DNA from: Podarcis cretensis
Lineage: Eukaryota
Direction: 5' to 3'
DNA: 64,000 bases
Assembly: GCA_951804945.1 (NCBI GenBank)
Contig: OX638152.1
Span: forward strand, 68,448,001 to 68,512,000
Part shown: positions 1-14,700 of the stretch, one piece after another
Position numbering within the stretch: position 1 is the stretch's first letter
Layout: the number at the start of each line of letters is the position of its first letter
Position numbers and translations under genes: made by a program
The notes under the pieces: model-generated
Told to the model about the DNA's origin: nothing
Seen by the model: the letters and a program-made list of their open reading frames with translations, nothing else
Databases searched by the model: none

Positions 1-1606
1 ATCTAAACCAGCTAGACTTGAATCAGTGTTGATGTCAAACATTAGATCAGCTTCTTCCATTTTACAGGCCAGTCTAGGTCCTTCTCTCTCTCAGCTTATT
101 ATAATAGAACCCTCTTTGTCATCAGCTGCCAGCTTCATGGCACACTAAATTTATCTGAAAAGTTTAAATAAGAAAAGCATGTAGCTCAGTGTTTGCTGCT
201 TCACTGTTTGTAAGAAGGATCCCATTATCATGATTTCAGACAGCAGAGAAGCATTATTGCTGCTATCAAAATGGAAAGATGGATATGACTGGTTTTGAAG
301 GTATACAGCTGATAAATGCAACAACTTTGGCCTGCAACAAGCTTGAAAATCTAAATGAATTGGTATGTGTCCACCAATATGAAGCAGTCATCTTCTGTGG
401 CCACTGTTGTAAGCAGCACCTATGTTTCTGGACAAATTTTCTTTAGGTATATGGTGAGCAATCACTTCTGATTTCCAACTTCCCCAGCCTACAATTAATC
501 ATGCTAGTTTTGTCATGAGGACCGTAACTGTATAATACTGTGTTTATTTTTCTCCAACCATTATCTTTCATTTGTCACCTTGGATGAACTTGCTACCCCA
601 GATCAGTGTTCGAAACTTACTCAATGTGAGCCCATAATATAGGATGCCCTTCCCATGTTCTCCCTTTCTGGCAAAGTTGTTTGACAGCATAGCTCAAAAC
701 CAGAAAAATATTGCTTATTATTTGTTATGCATTCAGTTTCTTATCTGCCCTTCACCATAAGGTCCCAGGGCAGGTTGCAGCCATTTAAAAATACAATTTT
801 AAAAATAGCTTAAAGCAAACTGATAATGAATGCCCAGCTGGTTCTCGATGGCTCTTACAAACTGCTTGTTTTACCTTTGCCTCTGAGTGTCTTTCTGCAT
901 ATACTGCCACAAACTGTTCTGCACCAATTATTTGGGAATGATGAAGGAACAGGGCTTAATCCTTGGGTACAAAATTGAAGAGCTGAGTTGGCAAGTGTAT
1001 TGAAGGCAAGGGATTCAGGGGATGGGAAGAATAAGAGAGGTTCAGTCATCCTGAGGCCACCTCCTGCCAGGCCTCAACATGTTGTAAAGTTGGAAGTTTC
1101 TCCAGCCTGAAACCCCTGCAGAGCATTTATTCACATGCTCACAGTATTTATTTTAATTAATACAGAGACTTCTAGTTAAAGCATTGCATTTTATACATGG
1201 CTAGAGATAGTGTTCCATAAGGAGCAAGGGCAAGGGCAAGGCTAGCTTCTCATTTAAACTTACAGAAAAGCTCCTTTCCCATCTGTTTGAAGGTCTGCCA
1301 GTAGTTTAATACATTGTTCCACAGAATCTACACACCATTTCACATAATATGATAAACTGTAGATTTATATTGGAGCTTGTGAAACAAGAATTCTCCAGTT
1401 AGAACTTCAAAACTCAGTATTTCTATTAATTCAGGGCCAACCATTTGTTGGTTAGAGTAAGCTGTTTACTCTTGAATTTTTAAGACCTTCTTAACCTGCA
1501 GGAATATTGCAAACTTTTTTAAAAAAAATTAAATAAAACCATAGATTGTGTGATTGTTCTGGTGTGGCAGTACATTTATTGTTTTGATGTGTGGTAGTTA
1601 TCTGTT

Positions 1607-1972
1607 AGGGACGCAGGTGGCGCTGTGGGTAAAAGCCTCAGCGCCTAGGGCTTGCTGATCGAAAAGTCGGCGGTTCGAATCCCTGCGGCGGGGTGCGCTC
1701 CCGTTGCTCGGTCTCAGCGCCTGCCAACCTAGCAGTTCAAAAGCACCCCCGGGTGCAAGTAGATAAATAGGGACCGCTTACTGGCGGGAAGGTAAACGGC
1801 GTTTCCGTGTGCTGCGCTGGCTCGCCAGATGCAGCTTTGTCACGCTGGCCACGTGACCCGGAAGTGTCTCCGGACAGCGCTGGCCCTCGGCCTCTTGAGT
1901 GAGATGGGCGCACAACCCTAGATTCTGTCAAGACTGGCCCGAACGGGCAGGGGTACCTTTACCTTTACCTTT
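1607..1972 (+). mobile_element. Sauria SINE, full length, young
   Basis: GGGACGCAGGTGGCGCTG head with B-box GGTTCGAATCC, (ACCTTT)n tail, 12-bp TSD TAGTTATCTGTT (1595-1606 / 1973-1984). Confidence 0.92.
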
Positions 1973-4900
1973 TAGTTATCTGTTGGATGCTCTTATACAT
2001 TTGGAAAATGTCAAGAGCATAACTCAAGGTTTTCCCAGTGGAGGTGGGCAGCAATCTTGACTGAGGCATTTAGAACTCTTCTTGACATGCTAATCAACCC
2101 ATAGTGGCTTAGAGCATCCGAATAGTTCTCCGTGTAACTGTGTTGGGAGAATTGGGAAGGCAAATCTCTTTACAGCCAATGGCTGTAACTTTTGGTCCCC
2201 CTAATGCTGTTGGACTTCCAGCTCCCATTGGCTTCAGCCAGAAAAGCCAACATCCCATCAGGGATTATGAGAGTTGCATTTATATATTTGTGGAATTTGC
2301 ATTCCGCCCTTGGACCCAAAGGTTCCCAGAGGGGTGCATAATATTATAATATCTAAATCCAGACAAAAAATAATAAGAAAACAAACAATTACAAAAACAA
2401 ACAGAAAACACACACACACAAGCAGACAACCAAAACTGCAAACAATCCAGCAGCTGTATCTGGAGAGTCACAGGCTACCCACCCTCTCCTGAACAATGTT
2501 TGTTGCTTTGGGTAATAAGGTGAGTATGGGCAAGTTGCTTTGCCCACTTTGTAAAGGATGATCCATAAATACTTGGCTGTGTGTATGTAGGTGAATGCGG
2601 GAATCCATTCTGCATTTTATTCTGTTGATACAATGATAAATAATGACAATTTATTTATACCCTGCTCTACTAAGTGCCAGTATAGATAGTGTTTGAGACC
2701 AGACTCACAGCGCCAGTCATCTTAAGACAGCATGTAGGTGGCGATAGTGCAGGATCACTTTTATTTATTGTTTGAAGCCACATGAATCTGCAGGTGACAT
2801 GCATAACTAAAAATAGCTTGGAAAACAGTCAAAACAGCAAACAACATAAAAGATAGGTTCTTAAACAATACACCCAGCTGGTAAAGCTTATTGAAACAAA
2901 AAATGTCTTCAGTGGTTTCTGTAAAGTACAAATAACGGTTGCCTGTTTTATTCCAACAGGGATACTGTCCCACAGAACAGGGGCTGCCACACTGACAAGT
3001 CTTACACCTCCAAGTATGGGTTTTATACTATTGACAGCACCCCTTTGTGCAGGGGTTGCCCATGCTCGAAAAGCATGAGTTTTTCCCAGTGCTTTATGCA
3101 CCATAGTTGGTTCCTGTTCTTTTTCTTCTATTTGTATTCCTTATTAAAAAAAAAATGTGTGTGCATGTGTGTGTGCACACATCCACTTTCATTTTATACC
3201 CTTCTCCAGAGAATACTTTCAGTCCTCTCTTTTTTTTTTTAGTTGGCCTCCTTTTGTGAGTGTGTTAAATCTGCAGCCAGGTTCACCGTTAGCTCTGGGC
3301 AAATCACTGAGCTGTTATTAACCTGCTTCCATGGCAACTGCTGCTCACAAGCCTGAGGACAAAAAATTGTTTTTATTCTGAACTGCACAAAAGGTTCTAG
3401 TGATGCTTTAGACAAAATGGCCATTGAAAGTGAGTTGCATTGATGTGTGTATCTGTACAATTTATATTTAAACTACTTTACTCTGGTGTGTTAGGGTAGT
3501 ATTGGACATGCCTGGCATACTTTTAAATTCTGTTTTTAACATCTTCCACCATATTTTGTAAGGGATGTTAAGGTTTTCCTCTTTTCAAAAAGCGAAATTT
3601 ATATAAAGACAAGAGTAGTTCATCTCTTTGACTCTGCTAATATGGCCATGCTTAAATGTTTCCTGTTTGTCCTCCTGTTGCCATTTAGTTTCTTCCACGC
3701 CAACATGATTAATATTGTGTGGTTATGTTTGTTTCAGAATGAGACCAGCAGATAAACCATTTTTCAGCAAAAGAAAATATTTTATGTCATCAAATGCAGA
3801 GTTAAAAACATAACAAACATCTATTTATCTAGATTAGATGTGTTACTAGTTTAAGCGTGCCACAGATATACTCTACAGAAAATAAAATTCAGGCAAGTCT
3901 TGATATTGTGCACAGAGGTATATGCTGCACCATAGCTTCTGTCTTTTAGCTGTGAAAAGTATGCACATCACCCATGAAAAGTGAACACTGTGTGTGACCA
4001 GTACTCCCAAGTTTCTTACAGGATAATATCAATATCCTGAGGAAATAGCAACCCGTTGAAAATCTCCCAGAGAACACCATTCCAGCTACTATGGCTGCTG
4101 AGGCCGTTATACCCACAAAGATATCACTGAGAGTATCACCTCTAATATTGCTATAGTGCATCTAGCCACTATTGTCTGTCACTTCATAGTTATCCACAAT
4201 TTCTTCAGGAGTAGTATTACTACCACCACCTTCAGCAGACCTGGGACCAACTTCTTCTTGAAGCCCAACCAACAATCCCCTCCCTGCCCAATTTTAGAAA
4301 TCAGGAAAGGCAAGGATTCAAGACACAGGTAGTTGATGGAAACTGACCTTCAACTACCTTACCCATGATCTCCGATTACAACAACTGAAGCTCCTCCAGC
4401 ATCACGAGACACCTCACCAGAATCACCTGTTCCAAAAGATGGAATCCAAATCCTGGTTTATGCAAGCAATTTTAACTTCCGAATTCCTCACAAACATGTC
4501 ACAGCAAACTTTGGATGAGTCTACTGATGTGTCCTCAGTAATCTACAGCTTAATCTGGACAATGATACTTTCTTCTCACAAGCCTTGGGTGGACGCCTCC
4601 ATCTAAGACCTGTTAGAAGCAGACCCTGGGGGTGGGGGGGGGAACTTGAGCTACAGGACCTCATACTGTCAGCCGCAACTCCATGAATTTATTAACCCCC
4701 TCATTGTCCAATGTAACATCTGCCAACATCTGCCAGTGTGCTCTTCTGCATTCTACATGGAACCAGCAGGCCTGTCTCTGCAAAGCAACAAAGGGACACA
4801 AATATATCATAAATGGCAATTGCAAAAAGCCTGTGGGAGAACTTTTCTGCCTCTCAGGATACTCTGTAACTGGCCCTAATTAAACAAAGCAGCTTCAGTG

Positions 4901-5517
4901 GGAAACTCTAGTGTGCTGAATTACAATTTATGAGGCAATTCAGTTATGGCTTGAAATACGGCTTGAACTGTTTTATTGCAATTCATGTGTCAGTTAGCTT
5001 GTCAATGCCAGGATGTTTGTTATCACCATTGCTGTGATATAGTGCAAAATAGTGTTAACTATTTTGTTTTCAAGCTAGCCTTCACAGTTCTTTATACACA
5101 TCATTTTCCTCTGACACGAGGGGCGCTGGAGGAATCTTGGAGGTCTGTATCTTGAGCAAACTCACCTGGTCTTTCGCCTTCATAGGTTAATGTACAGACA
5201 GGTTGAGCTACTTCTTTGAACCCACCCACCCCAATGAAGTTCTGTGAGGTAGTTTGAGTCAGCTGCCTTGTACATTTTTTCTTTTTTCCAACTGGTAATA
5301 GCTGCTTGGAGTTGCTAGGACAGGTGTCCTCAGTCTGGTGCCCCTGATGCCTGTTAAGGCTTTAACTGGTGCCCTGGGACAGGTGCCCCAAACTCTGAGC
5401 TTTCATTAAAAAAGAAAGAAAAAAGTCTTGAGCCCTTCTGAAAAGCAAGTTATTTCTGTGAAATGATAGTGTAGTGAGGTTGCCTTCTATACCTTTTATG
5501 GTACTGTTGTGATTAGA

Positions 5518-5520
<3 letters not shown>

Positions 5521-5582
<62 letters not shown>

Positions 5583-5590
5583 TGTGTGTG
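5521..5590. repeat. Compound microsatellite (TC)n(TG)n
   Basis: Directly visible. Confidence 0.97.
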
Positions 5591-5959
5591 ACATCTGCAC
5601 AATGGGTACCAGGACAAAGCTGACTTCCCACTGTAAGCATAAGGTTGTCAGGGGTGACTGTCTCTCTAGTTTTGGGTTATGCCACCCCATAACAGCTATT
5701 TTGTGACAGACACTCTTATTTTATTTATCTATTTTAAAGCCCAAACAATATTTTACTTTTAAAAACATTTTTCATACGAAAAAGCTACATAATTAACATT
5801 TTTCTTTTATACATTAGTGTACCATACTTGAAACAGAGTGGACTGAGGACAGGAGACCCATGCAAAAAGGGGAAAGGAATGGAACCTGACTGTTCCTTCC
5901 TCCTCTGACATCTCTCTCCCAATGTGCATATATGCTTGCCAATTTAAGATGACACTTCA

Positions 5960-6050
5960 AGCATCTGATGAAGCAGACCATGAAACCCTATGCCACAATA
6001 CATTTGTTAGCTTTTTAAGGTGCTACAAGACTTCTTCTTCTTTAACTGCT
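5960..6050 (+). mobile_element. Penelope-like terminal fragment (related copy near 31755-31845)
   Basis: ctgatgaag..catgaaa..tttgttag..taaggtgctacaagac pattern recurs at 31755; family assignment from memory. Confidence 0.45.
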
Positions 6051-8829
6051 GCATGGACTTTATTGCTCTATGGATGTGCCCAACTATAATAATTTCTGTG
6101 TACCTGTACAAAGACATCATGTAATGTTTGCTTTTGGTGGGTAGCAAATAATATATACATCAGAGTTGTACTTATGAGTGCATCTCTTGCCTCCCCAGTT
6201 CTCCTTAAATTGGCTTGGATAAGCCAACTTTTAATTTTTTTAAAAATAAAATAGACTCAGGATGGTGCTTGGCTTATTCCAAGCCAATCTGCATTTAATC
6301 TGAGACTTTGGTACATGAAGCAGTTTTCTCCCAATACTCTGATTCTCCAACTCCCGCCACATAATACTACCTTTGTACACATGACTGCCCCCTCCCACCA
6401 ATACCCATTCACATTGGGGCTGCTGGTCTGGCACAGAAAGGAATGTTTCTCTCTTGTCAGCACCTAGCACCTTGGCTGCCCTGGATTCCTGATGGGAGCT
6501 GGAGGCAAACACGTAAGTGGAACAGGTGGTGCTTACCTTGCATTTGAAGCAACTGTTCCAAGCCACCCTATTTCAAAATGCAATGCTTGGGACTATGTAT
6601 TCTGGCATCATCTCTAGAACATAGCAGTTCTAGGACAATAACTTGATTAAGTGGTGTCTTGGGCAACTAGATAGTTTATTACTATGGCGATCAGCAAAAT
6701 GGCTTCCTCTTCTCTTGAACAGATGAGTGACTGTGAGCATTTGGAGAAGCAGACTCACAAGTTTTCTAAGTTCAAAGCCAATTCCTTTTATCTTAGGCTG
6801 TGTACTTTTTCAGCCACCGCTTGTTGTTAACAACAGTTCTAGAAACTCCAGTTCATAAGAACAGCAGGCACAGTCTGTGTCTTCTCAGAAAGCACCTGGG
6901 AGGGTCCGATCATTTTAAACTTCCACCATGCCCAAATCTCCTTGTTCATGTGCAAAGCTAGCAGCTCAAAGTGGAATCTGAAACTGAACATTCACTACAC
7001 TGCAGACTAGACTTAGCAGTTCTGATGTTACTAATGAATATAAAACTATCCCCTAGAGGACATAGAAATATTTCCAGATACTGAGGAGAAACAAAATATG
7101 CAAATAAATCCAGAGGGTTTGCAGCACAGAATCTCCAGTGAAACAGTGTCCCATATGTAATTTAAGGAACTAAATGGGCTTTTGGGATGTTTCTTTTCTA
7201 TTCTCATGATACATTTGCATGCTTGCTGTATCAGTGATGCTGTAGAATTTGCCATTTTTAACCACCTAAGACCAATATGAACTGTTTCTCCTAACTCTTT
7301 TCTTTTTACCTCACCAGTATCTGAAACTCCCCTTCGAGCGAATTATTCTAATTTAGTTGCATCTGAAGTCTTGAAGGCATATTCCTTCATTGGAGTAGTG
7401 TTGTGCTGCAAAATTAGTTCCCATGCTGGGTTTTGAATCAAGTGGCTAACCTGTGACACACACCCCATGTTATTTTTGGACACCAGCTCCCATCAGCCTC
7501 AGCCAGAACTCTGGTCAGGAATGGTGGAAATTGTAGTAACAAGATCATCCTGAAGGGCCACCCATTTTCCATAATCAGTCTTTTAGGCATTTACTAAAGT
7601 GGAAGGGCATCAGTAGTGCTTCTAAGCACGGCAAGTGTGTAGCATTTCATCTACCCTAGGGATGGAGAATCTGCTGCCCTCCAGATACAATTCTGGCCTG
7701 AGGTGATGGGAACTGTCATCCACAGATTCTTCATCCTTAATGTCAATTAACAAGCTTGGGATGTTCTGTTTTTGAACATATCTGTACGTTCTTCAGAGAA
7801 AGCACAAACTTTTCAGCTGTGTTTATATAGAACCTTTTGAGTACATCACACACCAGTAAACTTTTTAACATCCACGTTGGGTGAACCAGTGTGCTGTCAA
7901 ATGGAGCCTGAGATTTTATAAAGCTACCAAGTGTGGGTGGACTACTTAAGGCTGTCAAATGAATTTGTGGCTCAGATGAGACTTTTAACTAGAGGGCTTC
8001 TGGCTCCCATTGCCCTGCAAAGATGTCTGAAAGGACAGTATAGTGCACTCAGTTTCAAAGTTTTATTTTTGTTTGTGCTTAAAATAGAAGTGTTAATTTG
8101 ATGTGTCGCTGGAGAACACACACTCTTTTCTAAAGCATCCTGCACAAGCTTGCTTCATCTGCAGCCTTTGATTTTCCTAGAATCTGGGTGTAATGGTTGT
8201 AAGGGGTTACTTGTGCGTAAATTGCCTTCAGTTTAGTCAGTTTGTTTGCTCAACCATGTTCAGGGTTAGAGCTCGCCCTCCGTGACCTGTTAGTCACTTG
8301 CAGAATCCGTCAGTGGGCGTTTCTTGAACCTCTTCCAGAATAAAAAGCTGTTTGACCCCAAGTCTCCTCCTATGTTCCCTGCGCGGAACGCGTCTGCGCA
8401 AGTGAGGGGAAGGCAGGGGCGTGCCAGCGCTCTCTCCACTAGATTCGGGTGAAGGGTCTTGGAGCCCTGTCACCAATTCCTCCATCTCCCTCTCATCTCT
8501 ATTGGTGTTACGCTGAATTCCTTCCCCCCGGCTGGTCCCCTCTCCTGCATCACCCTGGAGCCCTGCCTCCGCCTCTCGCTCTGCTCGCTCTGATGTCAGT
8601 TCCCTGACACTGGGGTGCTGTCACTCTTGTACTTTGAGGCGACAGACATAAAGAGGAAGGTCATCTGATGAAAGTAGGAAGTGCAACCCATTAGCTTTGA
8701 ACAAGTAACTTTGCTAATTGTTCTTACCAGTTTTACCACATGAAGTCCAAATGATGTTGTTCTCATAACTTGCTCTTGTACCTAAATAATGTTGTCTTTG
8801 TGTCCCCCCTTTTTTTCTTTTCTGCTTAG

Positions 8830-9016
8830 GTTGCTTTGAATGTTGCATTAAGTGCCTGGGAGGAGTTCCATATGCTTCCCTTGTGGCAACTATTCTCTGC
8901 TTCTCTGGGGTAGCATTGTTCTGCGGCTGCGGTCATGTGGCTCTCGCCGGGACCGTATCGATCCTCGAACAGCGTTTTTCCACAAATGTTACTGACCATG
9001 CTTTGTTATCTGAAGT
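8830..9016 (+). CDS. GPM6B: GPM6B internal exon (187 nt, TM1)
   Basis: ttag|GT TGC TTT GAA... GCFECCIKCLGGVPYASLVATILCFSGVALFCGCGHVALAGTVSILEQRFSTNVTDHALLSEV|gtaagt. Confidence 0.96.
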
Positions 9017-10668
9017 GTAAGTACAAAACCACGTCTCTTACTCTGCAAAGCAATTGCAGTGATAACTTTAATAACACAAGAGCTAGGAGCACATGCCAAT
9101 TCAGCCATAAGGAGGTAAGAGTGGCTGGCAAAACTCAAAATTTGAAGTGAATTTGGAGAGTCCATTTCAAGCAAAACATCTTTTGGATTAGGGCTGTTTT
9201 TATATACAGTATACTTATGAAATTTGTTGGGTGGGTTGGGGAATTTGCAACACTTCCACCAGAAGTCTGCTGCTGTTAGGGATTCAGCATATATCCCCCC
9301 CCCCCCCAATGTATATTCTAGTTCAACAGAGAGAAGGAAAACAAGGGTAGCAATAAATCTCCCAAAGAGCATAGTTATTCAGCTCCATAGCAACTGAAGG
9401 CAAGAAAAAATAGCTGTTGCCAGGAGATGACAGACCACTAAAAATATACTGGAGAGGTACACAGGAAAGCAATACTGCTAAATCTAAGGATAAAATAATA
9501 AATGTTATCACTAACCACTGCAATTGAGGCAGTCATGACATTTCTCTCGCATGCCACATAACTCCATAGTAGATGCATAATGGACTATGAATGTAATCTT
9601 CTTAGCCTCCCAGTGAAATAGGCTATATTGGTTTGTGTCTGAAGCATGCTAGCTTTCCTCAACAGGATCTTCCATTGCTGAACTGTTCTTATGGTTAAAT
9701 TTCCCCCTCAATTATTAACCTCTCATCTACATTACTTAAGCTTAAAACATGTTGCCTCTTCTGTCCTTGGTGAACAGTTTGTCTTCCTTTTCACGTTCTA
9801 GATCTTTGAAAAAATTGTTAGTGGCCGTCATTTACTTCACTTCTATAGGACAGCACTGCATAATTCCTTTGGCATTATGATTTATCTTCTGGATGTCTGG
9901 TGGATCAACTAAAATTCTTTTAATTGTGGTGCATAAAACTGAATCTGAAACAAACAAATATGGTTTACATACCTCTAGAAGTGCAAACGAATGCACTTTT
10001 GCATAGTGCCTTAGATGCATACATTTTGTATGTGGAACAGGAAACCAAACCTGTTACTACAGGATGGTTGTGAGGATACCATGGGGTGCGGTGAGGACCA
10101 GAAACCAAATTTAGCAGCAAAGGAGGACAATACAAATTACTTACAAATTGTGGCTACATTACTTTTAATGGAAAAGATGGCTGGATCCATTACAAAAGAG
10201 AAATAACTGCACGTTAATTGCACAAATGAATGGGTAGCTAGAAGCTGCATTATATTGAGTGATGGGGGCAATGTACCCTACTGCTACTATGAGGAATTTA
10301 TATTGTGTGGATGTAGTGCACACACTGACAAGAGACAAAAGGGGAAAGCCCCTTCTTGTTGCTAGATGGCATAGAGGTGTGTCGGTCTGGGTCTCCATCC
10401 TTGCAGCAGAGCTCATTTTGTCTATTTGAGTAGGAGCGGCACCCCTTTAAATGTTTTTCTTGCTGCTGAAACAAAGCAAGAACAAAGCTTCCTTCCCAGC
10501 AGAAGCCTGCTGTGGTTCCTTTTGGGATACAGTAAAGGAAGATGTTTGCAGTAAGAAATATTCTATAGTGACTGGTGAGGGTAGGGCTTGAGGCTATTTA
10601 ATTATGTGTAAGCATCAGATGCTGCAGCATTTTTGAAGTTACTGGTGGTCAACTTTGGCTGTGTAATA

Positions 10669-10950
10669 CAGGGGTCAGCAAACTTCTTCAGCAGGGGGCC
10701 GGTCCACTGTCCCTCAGACCTTGTGGAGGGCTGGACTATATTTTGGGTGGAGGAAATGAACAAATTCCTGTGCCCCACAAATAACCCAGAGATGCATTTT
10801 AAATAAAAGCACATATTCTACTCATGTAAAAATACCAGGCAGGCCCCACAAATAACCCAGAGATGCATTTTAAATAAAAGGACACATTCTACTCATGTAA
10901 AAACACGCTGATTCCTGGACCTTCCGCAGGCCTGATTTAGGCGGCCTACC
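10669..10950. mobile_element. hAT-like non-autonomous element, truncated, with an internal 71-bp-period tandem repeat
   Basis: CAGGGGTCAGCAAACT terminus; CCCCACAAATAACCCAGAGATGCATTTTAAATAAAAG at 10773 and 10844. Confidence 0.7.
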
Positions 10951-11428
10951 CATGGTGTAATAGCTGTATAGAAGGGCAATAAATACTAGATGTTGTCATC
11001 CGAGGATTTGACTGACTAGTTCAGTTTGTATGTGAAATTCAGCTTCTCCGTCTGCTCCGGTTTCCTTTATTCTTGAATGATGAGGTAAAAATCTACAACA
11101 GCTTAACCAGTTCCAGTTGACAAGTCAACATTAAAAGAAGAGCAACTGGATCAGAATCTAGACCTGCCTTGCTCAACCTGCTGCTCTCCATATGGTGAAG
11201 ACACCAATTCCTTTCAGCCTCAACCACCAGCATGGTCCAAGGCCAAATCTTGCAACCTGATGGAAATTATGACCAACTACATTGGTTCTTTACACAACTA
11301 GTTTATGGTCTCACCTGTGATCTTACCACTAAGATGTTCATTCTGTCCTTGTGCTCTTGGATGATTATGAAAGGAGACTTTATTTCAGAGTGACAAGAGT
11401 CTGATTGCCCTGTTTGTTTCCTTCTCAG

Positions 11429-11585
11429 AATAAAACTAATGCAGTATGTGATCTATGGCATTGCATCGTTTTTTTTCTTGTATGGAATTATCCTGTTGGC
11501 GGAGGGCTTTTATACAACAAGTGCTGTGAAGGAGCTGCATGGTGAATTCAAGACAACCATCTGTGGCCGCTGCATCAGTGGAATG
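11429..11585 (+). CDS. GPM6B: GPM6B internal exon (157 nt, TM2)
   Basis: ctcag|...[52 protein letters not shown]|gtgagt. Confidence 0.96.
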
Positions 11586-12645
11586 GTGAGTCCATTGCAG
11601 GAATATGGATTGCCATTACTCCAGTGGTCCATAGCATTATCTACAGTGTTATTTGCACCAGCTCTTTACGCTCGCCTTTGAGAAGAGAGAAAGCAGTGTC
11701 TTTCTAGGCTTTCAGAAAGCCCGAGCTAGAGATGCTAGCAGCTGAACCTTAGTCATCCACATGAACAGCAGAGGCTATAAATCTCCCCTTAATGGTCACA
11801 AGAGAATTAGATATTAATTCTAGCTTGTTTTCTTATCCCAAGTGAATTTGCCTGCTTTTTCTCTCTCAAATAGTACTTTATTGGAGAGAGGTATGAGGAA
11901 AAAATAATTTGGACATAATCCTCTTTTTTACCAAGTTTATTCTTCCAAGAAATTACAACTTTTAAGTGGGCCACAGTTCTGTCAAAGTTTTCATTAACAC
12001 CATTCATAAAAATGTCCAGATTATATATTGTGTGTTTTTGTCCAGTGTTGAGCTTTGTCCAGTGTTGGCAGCCAGGTTGTGCTTTTTTTGGGGGGTGGGG
12101 ATTTCTCCCCCCCCTTAACTGAGAGCACTTCATTTTTAACTTTATAGATCCCCCCCCCAAAAAAAATGTAATTAAGTTGTCCCCATATCTTGGTCCAATT
12201 TAGTTGGCTGAAGCATGACATTCTTTTCAGTTGGCTCACCCGAGACAACAGGCTGGCACTCCCTGTTATGCCCTCTTATCCTAATTGTGTGCAGCAGGAA
12301 TTGGGAGGTACCCACAGATACTGTAAGGAAGTCACTGTTCCCAGTAATGAAGTGCCACTCCAATGACAAAGAAAGCATCCCAGAATGACTACTGCTCGGA
12401 AAGTCAGGCTGTTTTTTATTTTGCTTACTTAAAACAAAACGTCAAGCTTTTAACATCGCAACACGGGCTATAGGGAAGGTCTCTATGGAGTGAAAATCTG
12501 AGACTTCACATCAGACATGGAGACTGTGACATGCTCTTGGATTTTAAAATTCAGGAGAGTGTGTACTGTAAATGAGATTAACCCTTGATTTCCTAAATTA
12601 ATGAGAAAGGGGTTTTCTGTGTGAAATGTGTGCCTGTCTCCTCAG

Positions 12646-12817
12646 TTTGTTTTCCTGACCTACGTACTGGGGGTGGCCTGGCTTGGCGTCTTTGGCTTCT
12701 CGGCTGTGCCGGTCTTCATGTTCTATAACATATGGTCAACTTGCGAAGTCATCAGATCACTCCCAGCAAATATGACAGCTTCAGCGGACCAGATCTGTGT
12801 GGATATCAGGCAATACG
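12646..12817 (+). CDS. GPM6B: GPM6B internal exon (172 nt, TM3)
   Basis: ctcag|FVFLTYVLGVAWLGVFGFSAVPVFMFYNIWSTCEVIRSLPANMTASADQICVDIRQYG|gtactt. Confidence 0.96.
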
Positions 12818-14626
12818 GTACTTATTTTAATCCTGATTAAATGCTTTATCCTCTTTCCTTGTCCTATCTTCAACAGGTTTGTCTTAGCCTTATGAGATGA
12901 ACCAAAAAGCAACCAAGTGTGGAGTCTCTGAACATGTCATTACTTTTTCAATTAATGCAGATTACACTGACCTCTTTCCAGATGCACCCAGTTTAACTGC
13001 ATTTGGCAAGTCATTTATCTAAAGTGATTTTGTGCCTGTTATCCGCATTATGCTATCAGGCTTAATAATAAAACAATCAGCAAAATAAACTGCTTAAGCA
13101 AGCCTGAGCCCATCACCAAATAGTTTGAAAACCTACCATGCTAGTCTCCTGAATTTAGCTATATATCTGCATATTCTTACTATTTCTGTAATAATGTGAA
13201 TTGTGTATGTGCTCGTGCAAAGCAGTTTCATTTATCCTTTTGTTTTGGAATGGGAATACAATGTTAGAACAGTATGAGGAAGGAACAGGGGTCTAGATTT
13301 GTGCACCCAAGAATCACACATTATGGGAACAGATCTTTTTTACCTGATTAACATCACACACACTATGCAGTTGTTCCTATCATTAATGCTTATTTGGTGA
13401 CAAATATTGTTTAGCCCCCACTCTCCCCTGGGACTGGGATTATTTGTGTGGGATTAGGAGTGAGAGACACGATCACCTCCAAAAAGAAAAGGCAATAGAA
13501 CACAGGGCAGTTGAACACATAATAGAAGTTGAGTCAATTTACTTCTAGAAGTTCCATCCAGATTCCAGGTATTTTAAGGTTCCTACCATACTTTCTCTGA
13601 TATTGGCTAAAGAAGGGTGCAAATCTTTCAGAAAGGCCAGTGGAAATGAGATGTGCGGGGAAGGCACAGTAGAGGCAAGCCTGGGAAATAATGGGTTTTT
13701 ATCCGCTGCTAGTACTTCTCAGAGTAAACCCATTGAAGTTAATGGATACAACTCACTTTCATCCAACTTAGTTGGATACAAGCCAATAGAAGTACTTATA
13801 GAGATTCCAAGACAAAGTAGCTGTTCTCCTCTAGTCCTGCTGCTTCTGTGCTGCTGCGAGCTATGCCATGACTGTTGAGTTGGCATGTTGCCCAAACCTT
13901 GGCTCATAGTTTTTCTCACTCCACATGGCTTAGTGCTCCACACACTTCTCCATTGTTTTATAACTCTCATACACATACCTACTGCTGTATAGCTCCCCCC
14001 ACCCCCCAAAAAGGTCAAAGATGAATATATTTGATGAATATCTTCTATAGTGCAATATGTTGAGGTACTTTGCTTTCACATGGTATACTTCCACCAGAAA
14101 GAAAATGGCCTGAAGATCAGTAGTGAAGAAAAGGAACAGAGGCTTTAATAAGGCAATGGGCAATGGAGGAAGAGTGGCTTGCAGAGATAATTCTGAATAG
14201 TTCCTCTGCAACTGACCACAATTGCAATCTCAATCCACGAAGTTTAAGGCAGAGCCTGTAAAGATGCAAGCACCGTTTTCAGCAATCCCTTTGCCCATTC
14301 AACAGAGTCAGGAAGCACAGCATATGACAGTGATTAAAAAGAAGAAGAGTGTCCATAGTGACTAAAACAACCATTTGTCCGCCATATGGGAATCCTAGAT
14401 CTGAGAACATCTCTTGGCAAGGAGAATCTCTCCTGGATGTAGAAAGGGAACACTGTTAAGTGATTTTGTACTTGATGGTGCCAACTCCAGATTGAACTGG
14501 TCAATGTGTGGGTGCTTGTTAAAGGAACACAACTTGCGTGTAGGTGGGGAAGGGAAATGGATTTCAGAAGGGAGAATGACATCAGCTATCAGCTTTAACA
14601 ATGGCTTTTTGATATTTTAACTTCAG

Positions 14627-14700
14627 GTATCATCCCTTGGAATGCTGTGCCTGGCAAGGCATGTGGGTCAGCATTAGCAGATATGTGCAGCACCCCTGAG
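14627..14700 (+). CDS. GPM6B: GPM6B internal exon (74 nt)
   Basis: ttcag|GIIPWNAVPGKACGSALADMCSTPE|gtaaac. Confidence 0.95.

Noticed and set aside
1737-1931. Mutually similar short ORFs (also 44649-44849, 47298-47783, 57991-58188) as a small gene family
   Set aside because: All are translations of Sauria SINE copies
10773-10905. Direct repeats as a CRISPR-like array
   Set aside because: Only two units without unique spacers, inside a eukaryotic DNA-transposon remnant
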